Source: an uncultured SAR324 cluster bacterium (lineage in GTDB: Bacteria; SAR324; NAC60-12). From it: a stretch of DNA of 64,000 nt. Location: NCBI GenBank assembly GCA_905182865.1, contig CAJJCY010000003.1, forward strand, positions 393,740 through 457,739. Direction: 5' to 3'. The position numbers were made by a program, and so were the translations under genes. Position 1 is the stretch's first letter. Each line of letters begins with the position of its first letter. The notes beneath the pieces were generated by a model, which saw only the letters and a list, made by a program, of their open reading frames with translations, ran no database searches and was not told the DNA's origin. Shown here one piece after another: positions 37,625 to 47,824 of this stretch.

Positions 37625-38802
37625 CCAAACCGTCAGTTCGTTTTTCACTTGGAAGATATCTGATCCTTTTGACGGTGATTCAATTTTTCTTCTCCGGATG
37701 TGCCCAACTGGATGGTGTTTTTCCAAAATTCAAACCCCAAAAGACCACTAAAAATTCCACTTCCAGTGCTGAAACTGTAACAGAACAACAGGAATCTTTT
37801 ACTGAAGAAAATCTTCTGTTGAAGGCAAAAATTGAGCAGCTGGCACAGCAAATCAGTGAACTCCAAAAACAGCAAAAAGTACAGAGCGATGATTTCCTAT
37901 TGCTTCAGGAACAATGGGAAACTAATTTTGTTTTGCTGGAGCGTTCTGTTGAGGAATCATTGAGATCAGCAAAGGCCTCAGAATCCACTGCTTTAATGGT
38001 TACACAGGTGCTGGAGAATCAGTCGCTTAATTCATCTGCAGATAGATCAGGAACAAATTCACAGGGTTCACTTCCACCGCTTGAAAATTATTCATTGCTG
38101 GGCAAACCTGAAACCAGTGTCCAGAAAGCATCTGCTGTCGCAACCACGAAGGAAATGGAGAAAATCAATAATCTGGAAATCAGTGAGGAGGAAATGGGTG
38201 TTGAAGAAGAGCCGAGTTTTCCTGAAGCTGGACTGGTGAATATGCAGGATTTGGAAGATCCGGAAGATTTACCGGATCCTGATGTTCGTGCTATTCAAGT
38301 TGAAATTGCAGGCAGTGAAACTTCGCAAGAATCTGTGAAAACTGTGGAAATATCAGACAACGGTTTTTCGGATCCGGACCTCAATCCTCCGGAGGATCCG
38401 TTTATTTTAATTCGTCATCCTGGAGTAAAGAAGATATATAATCAGGGTATGACTGCAGTTATTCAAAAAAATCATGAACAGGCCATTTTGATTTTTGAGA
38501 ATTTTACGGAAAGATTTCCGGACAATCTTGATAGCGATAACGCCTTTTACTGGATTGGGCGCTCTCATCTGGAACTGAACGATTTGAAAAAAGCAGAAAC
38601 GGCTTTTCGCACTGTACTGAGGTATTATGAGCACCGACCGACCTCACAGGGCTATAAAACTCCGGACGTTATATACATGCTGGGCAAACTGCAGGAAAAG
38701 CAAAATCTTGACCAGCAGGCGGCTTATTATTTTGGGGAAGTAATCAAGCGCTTTCCAGGCTCTGCGGCAGCCAGTAATGCAAAACGTGATATGGACAGAT
38801 GA
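37621..38802 (+). CDS. Lipoprotein with a coiled coil and a C-terminal TPR domain, YbgF/CpoB-like
   Basis: Lipobox 'FFSGC', a coiled coil 'LKAKIEQLAQQISELQKQQ', and C-terminal TPR repeats resembling CpoB. Confidence 0.55.
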   Translation: MTKPSVRFSLGRYLILLTVIQFFFSGCAQLDGVFPKFKPQKTTKNSTSSAETVTEQQESFTEENLLLKAKIEQLAQQISELQKQQKVQSDDFLLLQEQWETNFVLLERSVEESLRSAKASESTALMVTQVLENQSLNSSADRSGTNSQGSLPPLENYSLLGKPETSVQKASAVATTKEMEKINNLEISEEEMGVEEEPSFPEAGLVNMQDLEDPEDLPDPDVRAIQVEIAGSETSQESVKTVEISDNGFSDPDLNPPEDPFILIRHPGVKKIYNQGMTAVIQKNHEQAILIFENFTERFPDNLDSDNAFYWIGRSHLELNDLKKAETAFRTVLRYYEHRPTSQGYKTPDVIYMLGKLQEKQNLDQQAAYYFGEVIKRFPGSAAASNAKRDMDR

Positions 38803-38803
38803 T

Positions 38804-39061
38804 TCAGTAAAGTATAAAAGAGCGAATCATCTCAATCAGCAGGAGTGCCGCAATCACCGAAACATCAATTCCGGCTATGGGCGGGATGACTTTTCTAATC
38901 CGACTTAGCACTGGTTCCACCATGCTCTGCAGCCAGCGTATAGCGGGAGGATAGTGTTGCTCGTGCATGACCCATGAAAGCAATGCATAGACAACCAGCA
39001 TCAAGCTGTAAAGCCGTAACATTGCCGCAAGTACCTGTATTAATGTTCCGGAAATAGGCAT
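38804..39061 (-). CDS. yggT: YggT-family membrane protein
   Basis: 85 aa with two TM helices and the YggT/Ycf19 pattern 'VYALLSWV...PVL..IR..IPP..GIDVS'. Confidence 0.7.
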   Translation of the reverse strand: MPISGTLIQVLAAMLRLYSLMLVVYALLSWVMHEQHYPPAIRWLQSMVEPVLSRIRKVIPPIAGIDVSVIAALLLIEMIRSFILY

Positions 39062-39195
39062 TATTAATTTTCCTGTTTATTTGTTATAGTGACAATCTCG
39101 CAGAAGGCACGCGGGTGGGATCCAGGAACTCTGAAACTGTCCCCCGCTACCGTATTCTCCAATACAATAATGTACGGGCACTGTGCGCTGTATCC

Positions 39196-40296
39196 CTATT
39201 GTGAAGAATCCTTGCGAGATTCCAGCTTACGTACTCGCTCAAAAAGTTCTCCTAATCGGTTAATGAGTGACTGAAGCTGCCTCCATTGGTTGACCGGTCG
39301 TCCAGGCATTCCGCCCAAGACCTCGTTGTCCTGTGTGTTTGCGGTAATTACGGCTCGTGCTACAGCAGTGACGTTGTTTCCTACAATCACATTATCCCTG
39401 ATTCCAGACTGCCCACCCATAATCAGGTGATGTCCAGCCTTAACGCTGCCTCCAATTGCAGTTTGCGCTGAGATCAGGGATTGTTCACCCACACTTACAT
39501 TATGAGCAATTTGCACCTGATTGTCCAGTTTACTGCCCCGCTTTATAACAGTCGTACGGAATCGTGCCCTGTCGATAGTCGTACATGCGCCAACCTCAAC
39601 ATCGTCTTCAATGCACACTGTTCCAACTTGCGGTATTTTCAGGTTAACACCACCACGCTGAAAATAACCATGTCCGTCTGAACCGATCACAACTCCGGAT
39701 TGCAAAATTACCCGATTTCCAATTTCACATTTCTCCCGCACCACTGTATTTGGGAAAAAAGTGCAATCTGCGCCAATTACAACTTCTGACATGATTACAA
39801 CTCCTGCATGCAGGATGGTATTCTCACCAATGTTTACTCCATCGTAAATCACAACATTGGGACCGATTTTCACATTTTTACCAAGTTTTGCACTTTTACT
39901 CACAACCGCGCTAGGATGAATTCCGGATTTCATGGAAACATCAGGAATGAACGGCTCTGCAGGATGAAAAAGTTTTGTGGCCTCAACGTGTGCCGCCAGA
40001 GGATCATCCGCGTAAATCAGGTTGTGCTCCGGATGCTGAACACCTGGAGAAACAACTAATGCCACCTTGCTCGAATTAATTTCATCTACAGTTGTCCCAA
40101 CATGCCTGGACATTCCTGCAGGTGTCGGAACACTTGTTAATCCATCCGGACTTGTCAGATAGGCCAGTCCACCTACCTGAAGTGAATCCAATCCACAGAC
40201 ATGTGTGATTAGAAAATCTCCGTTGCCGGAAAACTTCAATTCGAGTTGTTCTGCAAGTTCTTTCATTGAATATGAAACAGCAGCCATATATCTCAC
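39196..40296 (-). CDS. lpxD: UDP-3-O-acylglucosamine N-acyltransferase LpxD
   Basis: Hexapeptide repeats plus the LpxD N-terminal domain. Confidence 0.85.
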   Translation of the reverse strand: MRYMAAVSYSMKELAEQLELKFSGNGDFLITHVCGLDSLQVGGLAYLTSPDGLTSVPTPAGMSRHVGTTVDEINSSKVALVVSPGVQHPEHNLIYADDPLAAHVEATKLFHPAEPFIPDVSMKSGIHPSAVVSKSAKLGKNVKIGPNVVIYDGVNIGENTILHAGVVIMSEVVIGADCTFFPNTVVREKCEIGNRVILQSGVVIGSDGHGYFQRGGVNLKIPQVGTVCIEDDVEVGACTTIDRARFRTTVIKRGSKLDNQVQIAHNVSVGEQSLISAQTAIGGSVKAGHHLIMGGQSGIRDNVIVGNNVTAVARAVITANTQDNEVLGGMPGRPVNQWRQLQSLINRLGELFERVRKLESRKDSSQ

Positions 40297-41513
40297 CCAA
40301 TTTCATTTCGAAGGGGCCGTACCAGGACCTGGCTTCCTTCAGGAAGAACAGGAGAATCTGCCTCTACCCGGATCAGGGCATTTGATTCTACCAGCGAACT
40401 AATACTGTGGGAGCCCTGAAATGCGAGGGGGCGTACCCGGAATTTTCCATTCTTTTCACGGAGTTGCCCTCGCATGAAATGCAGCCGATTTAAGGTTTCC
40501 GTGATCGGTTCATCCAGCGTAGCTTTAACCATAGTTTCTTCCAAAATTTTTCGTCCCATCAATTTTCGCAGTGCAGGGCGCACAAATTCTTCAAACAAAA
40601 CGTAACTTGATGCAGGATTTCCCGGCAACCCAAAGACCAGTGTTTTACCCCGCCGACCAAAAAAAAGCGGCTTGCCTGGTTTGAATTTTATTTTCCAAAA
40701 TATTTCCTCTACACCCATTTTCTTTAGAAGCGGCCTGGCAAAATCCTTGTCACCAACTGACATTCCTCCGGAAATAAGTGCTACATCTGTCTGAAGTGCT
40801 TCTTCAAATGCTTGTATCAAGATTTCCGGAATATCTGGAACCAGCGAAATTTTTACTAGTTCACAAGACTCCTGCCTTACCATGCCTGCCAGCATGAAGC
40901 GGTTTGACTCCCGGATTTGTCCAGCTTGCGGCTTCCCCTCAACGTCAACCAATTCGCTTCCTGTGGAAACAATACTTATTTTTGGTAGGCGGTGAACCGG
41001 AACCTGTGCATAACCAAAAGTCGACAGCACGGCGATTTGTGCCGGCCCAATCAAGGTTCCTGCCGGAATCATTATTCGGCCCTTCTGAATGTCTTCACCT
41101 TTATTACGCACGTTTTGCGTTTTCAGGATCGCTTGAGTGAAGTATACAAAGGACTCATTGAATTCGATATCTTCCTTCATCACAACCGTATCAGCTCCAG
41201 GCGGAAGTGGTGCTCCTGTAGCGATTTGCAGGCATTGTCCGGAATTCATCTGCTCCTCTCCAGTATCACCTGCAGCAATGTAACCCAGCTTTTTCAGGCG
41301 CACCGGATTATCTTTACTGGCTCTAGACAGGTCTGTTGCCTGAACAGCATAACCATCCACAGCAGAATTGTCAAAAACCGGAAGTCCGTGTGGAGCTATG
41401 ATGTTTTCTGAAAGAGCCAAACCTTGAGATTCAGTCAGGGGCCGCTTCACTTTTTCCCGAGGCTTTACATGTTCAAACACCAGGGCTCTGGCTTCTTCAT
41501 AAGATAGCATCAC
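40293..41513 (-). CDS. moeA: molybdopterin molybdotransferase MoeA
   Basis: 'FDNSAVDGYAV' N-domain motif and MoeA length. Confidence 0.9.
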   Translation of the reverse strand: MMLSYEEARALVFEHVKPREKVKRPLTESQGLALSENIIAPHGLPVFDNSAVDGYAVQATDLSRASKDNPVRLKKLGYIAAGDTGEEQMNSGQCLQIATGAPLPPGADTVVMKEDIEFNESFVYFTQAILKTQNVRNKGEDIQKGRIMIPAGTLIGPAQIAVLSTFGYAQVPVHRLPKISIVSTGSELVDVEGKPQAGQIRESNRFMLAGMVRQESCELVKISLVPDIPEILIQAFEEALQTDVALISGGMSVGDKDFARPLLKKMGVEEIFWKIKFKPGKPLFFGRRGKTLVFGLPGNPASSYVLFEEFVRPALRKLMGRKILEETMVKATLDEPITETLNRLHFMRGQLREKNGKFRVRPLAFQGSHSISSLVESNALIRVEADSPVLPEGSQVLVRPLRNEIG

Positions 41514-41901
41514 GTTTTACATGTTTTTTAATGTCGTTTTGTTTCTAGATAAAACCCAATTTCTCTTTGTCCTAACCCTGAAGTACTCCATTCATGAAAA
41601 CCCAGCTTCGTCAAATTTTCAAGCAGATTCATCCATTCAATGTGATCCCACGTCTGGTGTACTTTGAGCCTGGCGTTTAGTTCTTTTTTGGGAAAACGGT
41701 TTTTAATTTTTGCAGGCAAGATTATTCTTTTATTTTTAGCTTATGTTTTAGTGAAAAATTTTATCGGTAACTATCCATTTTACGCATTTTTCACAAACTC
41801 AAAAGTCTCTTGTTCATTTTTTTTGTGAGTTGCAGAATCATGCAGTAAAACTTGAAACAGTTATGATGAAATGTTAGAATAAGGGATAATTTTAGAGGAG
41901 A

Positions 41902-42321
41902 TTGATTATGTATATTTTTGCTTTAACACTGCACGTAATTGCGGTGATGCTGGTAATCGGCACTCTGTTTGTGCAGTCTTTGTCGGTTGTTTTTCGCTTA
42001 CGTTTAAGCAATCAGGTGCAGATTGAGGGAATTCAGTTTGTACAGCGTCGTATTCATCGACTGCTTTATTACCCTGTTCTGACTGTGGCAGTTGCTTCCG
42101 GGGCCTATCTGGCCCTGATTCAGGAACGGATCAGTAGTCCTGGCAACGGCTGGCTGCACACAAAGGTCACACTTTTGCTGATCTTGATTATTTTGGGTTT
42201 TGTAAACAGACGTCAAATTATGAACATTGATTTGCGCAAGTCTCAGGCCTTGTTGGTTCACATTGGTATTTTTTTAGTTTCAGCAGCAATGATTTTTCTG
42301 GCACAGGCAAAACCGTTCTGA
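41902..42321 (+). CDS. Small polytopic membrane protein (CopD/HemJ-like topology). Function unknown.
   Basis: Four TM helices. Similarity to the named families is weak. Confidence 0.4.
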   Translation: MIMYIFALTLHVIAVMLVIGTLFVQSLSVVFRLRLSNQVQIEGIQFVQRRIHRLLYYPVLTVAVASGAYLALIQERISSPGNGWLHTKVTLLLILIILGFVNRRQIMNIDLRKSQALLVHIGIFLVSAAMIFLAQAKPF

Positions 42322-42342
42322 ATTCAGTCTCAATTACTACCC

Positions 42343-42430
42343 GGAGAGTTGTCAGAGTGGTCGATTGTGGTAGATTTGAAATCTGCTGTACGGCAACGTA
42401 CCGGGGGTTCGAATCCCTCCCTCTCCGCCA
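42343..42430 (+). tRNA. tRNA-Ser (anticodon UGA), class II with a long variable arm
   Basis: Acceptor GGAGAG/CTCTCC. Anticodon stem GTAGA/TCTGC with loop TTTGAAA. T-arm GGGGG-TTCGAAT-CCCTC. 3' end GCCA. Confidence 0.8.
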
Positions 42431-42546
42431 CACATATTTCAGTGTTAATCCTAAATACATCCGCTAAAATATTAAATAACAAAGTGTATTGAATTATTTA
42501 GCTGTCCAAAAGTGTCCACATTCTTCCATTGCAATAGCTGGGCTAA

Positions 42547-42909
42547 ATGGATTCGAAAAATCTACGAAACCGCCCCCTGACCTGCAGCGCTTGCGGGGAG
42601 TCAATGCGGATCATCGCCTTCATCACCGATCCGTGTGAAGTAGTGAAGATCCTTGAACACATCGGGGAACAAACCTCGCATGCGCCACCACTGATGCTAA
42701 CCGATCCTGTTCCCTCCTTTAGTGACTCAGGTGATACGAACTTCCAATACCCTGATGTTCCCTGGTATCCCGATCTTTACCGAGTTCGAGCATTGAACGC
42801 GGTAAAGGGATCTGCGTGCTCAGCGGCCCTTTTTGCAGATTCTCAGAGCCATCAAAAGCCATGGAGATACCTTCCAAAAAGGGACGACACCGAAAACCAA
42901 ACACAGTAA
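42547..42909 (+). CDS. Hypothetical protein (GC-rich) with an N-terminal Cys pair
   Basis: 120-aa ORF with no assignable family. Its composition differs from the flanking chromosome. Confidence 0.3.
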   Translation: MDSKNLRNRPLTCSACGESMRIIAFITDPCEVVKILEHIGEQTSHAPPLMLTDPVPSFSDSGDTNFQYPDVPWYPDLYRVRALNAVKGSACSAALFADSQSHQKPWRYLPKRDDTENQTQ

Positions 42910-43132
42910 AATTAAATCCGTCAACCCTCCACCAGATGCCATTGGAGTCATGGTAATATTCCCTTGACTCATTTTGATTTTCCTATATTATTATTTCTTA
43001 TGCAAAGTGAGGATTTTTACTACATACACCTGATAGGACACACTGTGGATTCTGAGTTCATGACATGCTTGTTTTAAAGCTAGACTGTTCAATGGATCCG
43101 TCCCGTGTTTTCCTGCCCTTCCGACAGAGAAT

Positions 43133-44191
43133 TTGATGGCGAAAAAGATTCTGATCACCGGTGGCGCCGGGTTTATCGGATGTCACACTACAAGATATTT
43201 TGCGTCAAAAGGCCATGAAGTCGTCATCATTGACAACCTTTCGCGCAAAGGAACACCGGAGAATCTGGACTGGCTCCGGGAGGGGCATCCCGTCACTCAT
43301 TACGAAACCGATATCCGCGATTTTGAAGCCGTCACTGACATCTTCAAAAGGGAAAAGGGTTTCAGCGACGTCATTCATCTTGCTGCCCAGGTGGCAGTGA
43401 CTACTTCAGTCGCCAATCCCCGTGACGATTTTGACATCAATGCCCTCGGCACCTTCAACATGCTCGAAGCAGTCAGGAATTTTTGTCCTCATGCCCCCTT
43501 CATTTATGCATCCACCAACAAGGTCTACGGCCTTCTGCCCCATATTGAAGTAGTGGAGGGAGCTCGCCGTTATGAGATCAAGGGTAAAAAGGGGGTTAGT
43601 GAGTCTGAACCGCTGGACTTCCATTCACCCTACGGCTGCTCGAAGGGAAGCGCCGATCAATATGTTGTTGACTACGCACGCATCTACGGCCTGAAGACGG
43701 TTTCCTTCCGCCAGTCCTGTATTTATGGTGAGCGCCAGTTCGGCGTTGAGGATCAGGGATGGATGGCCTGGTTTATCATTGCAGGCATCCTCGGAAGGTC
43801 TGTTTCGATATACGGTGACGGCAAACAGGTCAGGGATGTGCTCTACGTTCACGATCTGGTGAAACTCTACGAAAAGTCCATGGAACAGAGGAATGCCCTA
43901 AGCGGTAAAGCCTATAATGTGGGTGGGGGTTTAGAAAATTCGCTCTCTCTGCTTGAGTTCATCGAAATTCTCAAAGATCAGGATCTTCAACTTTCCTTCA
44001 CCTTTGGGGATTGGCGTCCAGGGGATCAAAGGGTTTTTATCAGTGACAACACCAAGGTGGAGAAGGAACTAGACTGGAAGCCTGAGACGGCTCCGGATCA
44101 GGGCATCCGGAACCTGATGTCCTGGGTCAGGGAGAACAAGAAAATGTTAAACTTCCTGCTGGGCGATTCGAACGATGCGGATCGGAATTGA
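43133..44191 (+). CDS. NAD-dependent sugar-nucleotide epimerase/dehydratase
   Basis: 'KILITGGAGFIGCH' Rossmann motif, the 'YGCSKGSADQY' catalytic YxxxK, and ~56% GC. Confidence 0.85.
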   Translation: MMAKKILITGGAGFIGCHTTRYFASKGHEVVIIDNLSRKGTPENLDWLREGHPVTHYETDIRDFEAVTDIFKREKGFSDVIHLAAQVAVTTSVANPRDDFDINALGTFNMLEAVRNFCPHAPFIYASTNKVYGLLPHIEVVEGARRYEIKGKKGVSESEPLDFHSPYGCSKGSADQYVVDYARIYGLKTVSFRQSCIYGERQFGVEDQGWMAWFIIAGILGRSVSIYGDGKQVRDVLYVHDLVKLYEKSMEQRNALSGKAYNVGGGLENSLSLLEFIEILKDQDLQLSFTFGDWRPGDQRVFISDNTKVEKELDWKPETAPDQGIRNLMSWVRENKKMLNFLLGDSNDADRN

Positions 44192-45308
44192 CGGCAAACG
44201 GTATTACCTCAACAGTTCGGGTCTGGGTCGATACAGCAGGAGCCTAGTTGACCATCTGCTTGGACTCGATGATGCTGAGGATCTGGATATCTGTCTTTAC
44301 CGTCCGAAAGGAGAGGTAAAGTTCCAGCCTAAAGCTCACCAGCACCTGACAGAACTAACCGCAGAATATCTCCTTCCGGGCCACATCGGCAATGCATTCT
44401 GGCGTTTCACCAAACTTCCCGCACTAATCAACAGCGGCAGCTATGACCTATTTCACGGTCCCAGCCATGTTCTACCGGGCAGGCTGGAATGCCCCTCGGT
44501 AGTAACTATGTTGGACCTGATCTTCATGCGCTATCCACAATATTTCAGGGCGTGGGACAGGAACTACTACCGAATCAGTTTCAGCAGGTCGGCCCGCCTT
44601 GCGGATCATATCATCAGCATATCAGAAGCGACGAAAGCGGATCTCGTCAACCTCTTCGGAATCAGGGAGGAAAAAATCAGTGTCATTTATCCGGGCTTCG
44701 ATGATGTCTTTACCAGGCTGCCCCAGAATCGGCTCGATGAAATAAGAAAAAAATATGAACTCCCCCGGGACTACGTCCTCTATGTGGGAAACATTGAACC
44801 CCGTAAAAACGTCCTAGAACTGGCCCAGGCCTTCAACTCAATGAAGGAGTCCTCCTCTATTGACAAAGATGTGCATCTGCTAATCGTCGGCCAAAAGGGT
44901 TGGTTCTACAAGGACATTTTTGACGGGATTGATGCCCTGCCTTGTCGGGAACAAATCAGGTTTGTGGGCCCGGTCTATGGCGAGGACCTCGCCGGAGTCT
45001 ATCAGATAGCCAGGGTGATGGCTTATCCTTCGATGTTCGAGGGATTCGGTTATCCGGTCCTCGAGGCGATGCGCCAGGGCACGCCAGTTCTCACTTCCGG
45101 TATTTCATCCATGCCAGAGGCGGGCGGGGATGCCGCCCATTACGTCAATCCCGAAAGTCTGGACGATATTGCGTCCGGCCTGTGCAGGATTTTGAATGAT
45201 GAAAGCTACCGGCAGGAACTGATCGAAAAAGGAACCCGACACGCCGAGGGATTTACCGCGGAGAAGATGGCTAAGGAAACCATGGAGGTCTACAGAAAAC
45301 TGGCCTAA
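44175..45308 (+). CDS. Glycosyltransferase family 4 (GT-B, RfaB-like)
   Basis: 'EPRKN' and 'EGFGYPVLEAMRQGTPVLTS' GT4 motifs. Overlaps the epimerase gene by 17 bp. Confidence 0.85.
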   Translation: MRIGIDGKRYYLNSSGLGRYSRSLVDHLLGLDDAEDLDICLYRPKGEVKFQPKAHQHLTELTAEYLLPGHIGNAFWRFTKLPALINSGSYDLFHGPSHVLPGRLECPSVVTMLDLIFMRYPQYFRAWDRNYYRISFSRSARLADHIISISEATKADLVNLFGIREEKISVIYPGFDDVFTRLPQNRLDEIRKKYELPRDYVLYVGNIEPRKNVLELAQAFNSMKESSSIDKDVHLLIVGQKGWFYKDIFDGIDALPCREQIRFVGPVYGEDLAGVYQIARVMAYPSMFEGFGYPVLEAMRQGTPVLTSGISSMPEAGGDAAHYVNPESLDDIASGLCRILNDESYRQELIEKGTRHAEGFTAEKMAKETMEVYRKLA

Positions 45309-45600
45309 GTGATGCTATTTGTTGGCTCCCAAAAGCCGGACAAAGCAGGTTGATGATCATTACTGCCCTATACAATTCCGGCATCGGTTCAGAAAAGTGA
45401 ATCTCGAACAAAAAAGCTGTCATTCCCGCTCCCAGATCAGGTCGAGGATAAGCTTCGCGGGAATGACAAACAAATTAGAGACGGTTTAATAAATCTCTTG
45501 GGGGTTTAACTCCCCGCCCCTTGGGGCGAAAGTATTTGATTACCTTTCCAATACCCCACTGCTTGCGGCGGGGTATTTTATTCTTAGTTATGAAAATATT

Positions 45601-46068
45601 ATGAATAATCCCAATCCTCCGTCACTGCCGCTTAAATCGGATGGATCAATCAGCAAAATTTGGTTTGCCGATGATTCGCAGGGCATTGAGCTGCCGTTTT
45701 ATGATACAAAGGTTCAGGCAGGTTTCCCCTCTCCCGCAGAAGATCATCTGGAGCAGAGGCTTGATTTAAACACACTGATGATCGAAAACCCAAGCGCTAC
45801 TTTTTTTGTGCGTGTGGCCGGTGAGTCAATGAAGGACATCGGCATTACTGACGGCGACATCCTGGTTGTGGACCGCAGTATTGAAAGCTGGGGAAACCGC
45901 ATTGTGGTGGCTGTGATTGATTCCGAATTTACAATTAAGCGTTTTACCACACAAAATGAAACGGTAGTTCTGGAAGCAGAAAATCCAGACTATCCGGCAA
46001 TTAAAATTACGCCTGAAATGGATTTCTCTGTCTGGGGAGTGGTTAGCTGGACCTTAAAAAAACTATGA
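45601..46068 (+). CDS. umuD: Translesion polymerase accessory protein UmuD (LexA-like S24 peptidase)
   Basis: Ser/Lys dyad context 'GESMKD...TIKRF'. Confidence 0.85.
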   Translation: MNNPNPPSLPLKSDGSISKIWFADDSQGIELPFYDTKVQAGFPSPAEDHLEQRLDLNTLMIENPSATFFVRVAGESMKDIGITDGDILVVDRSIESWGNRIVVAVIDSEFTIKRFTTQNETVVLEAENPDYPAIKITPEMDFSVWGVVSWTLKKL

Positions 46069-47327
46069 TTGCCCTGATTGACTGCAATAATTTTTACGCG
46101 TCCTGTGAACAGGTTTTTCAGCCCCAACTGGCGGGAAAGCCACTGGTTGTGCTTTCCAACAATGACGGCAATGTCATTGCCCGCTCCAGTGAAGCAAAGA
46201 AACTGGGCATTGGAATGGGGGTGCTGACCGGCAGTGTCCGTGGATTTGTCCGGAGCCACGAACTGCAGATACGCTCATCGAACTATGCTCTTTACGGTGA
46301 TATGAGCAGCCGGGTGATGGAAACACTGGAAGAGCTTTTACCCAACGTGGAACGCTACAGCATCGATGAGGCTTTTGCGGATCTTTCCGGTTTATCACGC
46401 GCACGGATGCTGGAACTTTGTCAGCATGTACGGCACCGAGTGCAGCGTCACACAGGTCTTCAGGTTTCTATAGGAGTCGCAGAAACAAAAACGCTGGCCA
46501 AAGTTGCAAACCGGCTGGCAAAACGCCGTCCGGAATTATCCGGAGTCTGCATCGGAACTGAGACTGAAAGTTTTGGTAAGGTACTGGAGCAAATGGAAAC
46601 CGGAGATGTTTGGGGAATTGGGAGAAAGATCAGCAAAAAATTAACTGGATTCGGCATCTACAATGCAAAGCAGTTGCGGGACGCGGATCCTGTCTGGATT
46701 AAAAAACAATTTTCTGTGGTGCTGATGCGTACAGTTCTGGAGTTACGTGGTGAAAGCTGCCTGGAACTGGAGGAGCCCGAAGAATCGAGAAAGTCCCTCA
46801 TGTGCGGACGTTCATTCGGCAAGCCACTAAAGGAACTGGAAGATATCCGGCCGGCATTGACTCATTTTGTGCAAAATGCTGTTACACGGCTCTGGAAATA
46901 CAAGCAGGCGACTTCGGCCCTTACCGTGTATTTGTCAACAAACCGGTTCCGCAAAAACATTGCTCAACGCAGTGTTTCCGCATCTGTTGAAATGGAAGCG
47001 ACTGATAATGTGCTTCAGCTCAATGCCGAGGCTCAGCGCGTGCTGGAGCAGGCTTTTGAGTTCGGATTTGAATACCACAAAGTGGGTGTTCTGCTGCACG
47101 ATCTTGTTGCAGTAAAAAATATTCCAGCCTCGCTTTTTGAAACAGAATCGGGAATTAAAAACTCACCGGAACTGATGTGGGCTGTAAGAGAGATCAATGC
47201 GAAATTCGGACGCTATACCGTGGCTTCCGCTTCTGTTTCCGGAAGTTCAGACTGGAGGGCGCGCAGCAAATTCCGGAGCCCCGCCTTTACAACCTGCTGG
47301 AATGAATTGCCGCTCGTGCAGGCTTGA
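46065..47327 (+). CDS. umuC: Y-family DNA polymerase V catalytic subunit UmuC
   Basis: '[14 protein letters not shown]' N-terminus. Overlaps umuD by ATGA. Confidence 0.9.
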   Translation: MIALIDCNNFYASCEQVFQPQLAGKPLVVLSNNDGNVIARSSEAKKLGIGMGVLTGSVRGFVRSHELQIRSSNYALYGDMSSRVMETLEELLPNVERYSIDEAFADLSGLSRARMLELCQHVRHRVQRHTGLQVSIGVAETKTLAKVANRLAKRRPELSGVCIGTETESFGKVLEQMETGDVWGIGRKISKKLTGFGIYNAKQLRDADPVWIKKQFSVVLMRTVLELRGESCLELEEPEESRKSLMCGRSFGKPLKELEDIRPALTHFVQNAVTRLWKYKQATSALTVYLSTNRFRKNIAQRSVSASVEMEATDNVLQLNAEAQRVLEQAFEFGFEYHKVGVLLHDLVAVKNIPASLFETESGIKNSPELMWAVREINAKFGRYTVASASVSGSSDWRARSKFRSPAFTTCWNELPLVQA

Positions 47328-47630
47328 AAAATCATTGCGCAATTACAAGCATAACAAATCATGACATAGTTTTTTTCGAAACCTTCAGCTTTGCACAGCA
47401 AAAACTGTAAACCAATAAATCGGTTTGAAAGTATCGTGGTTTTCTCAGTCTTCCGAATAAATTCAGTGGCTGTTCTCAAAATCAGTGCTACTCAATCCGG
47501 CAAAGATCCAAAAATAATCGCTAAACTGTGAAAACAAAAAACGAGGTGGAATAAGTGGTAGAAATTGCTATGCTGAAAACAGGTAAAAGAAACGCTGAAC
47601 TGATGAAAACAGGATTGGCCTGTTCCGTCA

Positions 47631-47710
47631 TATGCACCCGTAGCTCAGTTGGATAGAGTGTCAGTTTCCGATCCCGCGACCGCAGGTTCGACTCCTGCCG
47701 CCCCTGCCAC
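47631..47710 (+). tRNA. tRNA-like element with canonical D- and T-arms but unpaired anticodon and acceptor stems (pseudo- or chimeric tRNA, Arg-like halves)
   Basis: GCACCCG-TA-GCTCAGTTGGATAGAGT...GCAGG-TTCGACT-CCTGC-CGCCCCT-G-CCA. No 5-bp stem with a 7-nt loop exists in the anticodon region. The 3' acceptor strand is not complementary to GCACCCG. Confidence 0.5.
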
Positions 47711-47728
47711 CATAATACTCTAGTATCC

Positions 47729-47824
47729 TACAGTATTACTGTAAGTTACAAGCCACTGCGACACACTGCGACAAAGCTAAAATAAGGGGGTAAACCAAGC
47801 AAACATTGCGACATTATTGCGACA
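47729..47824 (+). promoter_or_regulatory. Candidate operator region: a perfect palindrome TACAGTA-T-TACTGTA at 47729-47743, plus four direct TGCGACA repeats at 47757, 47767, 47807 and 47818 (10-11 bp phasing)
   Basis: Seen directly in the sequence upstream of the PLP-dependent dehydratase gene. Confidence 0.35.

Noticed and set aside
41528-41719. 63-aa ORF upstream of moeA
   Set aside because: Too short with no motif. It could be a gene remnant. Not called.
42218-42460. 80-aa minus-strand ORF
   Set aside because: It overlaps the tRNA-Ser gene and is a spurious ORF.
42431-47630. Classical integrase-mediated genomic island or prophage
   Set aside because: No integrase, transposase, phage gene or clear direct repeat of the tRNA 3' end was found. 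Only the composition shift and the tRNA-like boundary support acquisition.
47729-47743. LexA/SOS box controlling umuDC
   Set aside because: The palindrome is downstream of umuDC and its half-site arrangement (ACAG-N5-CTGT) does not match known LexA consensus sequences.
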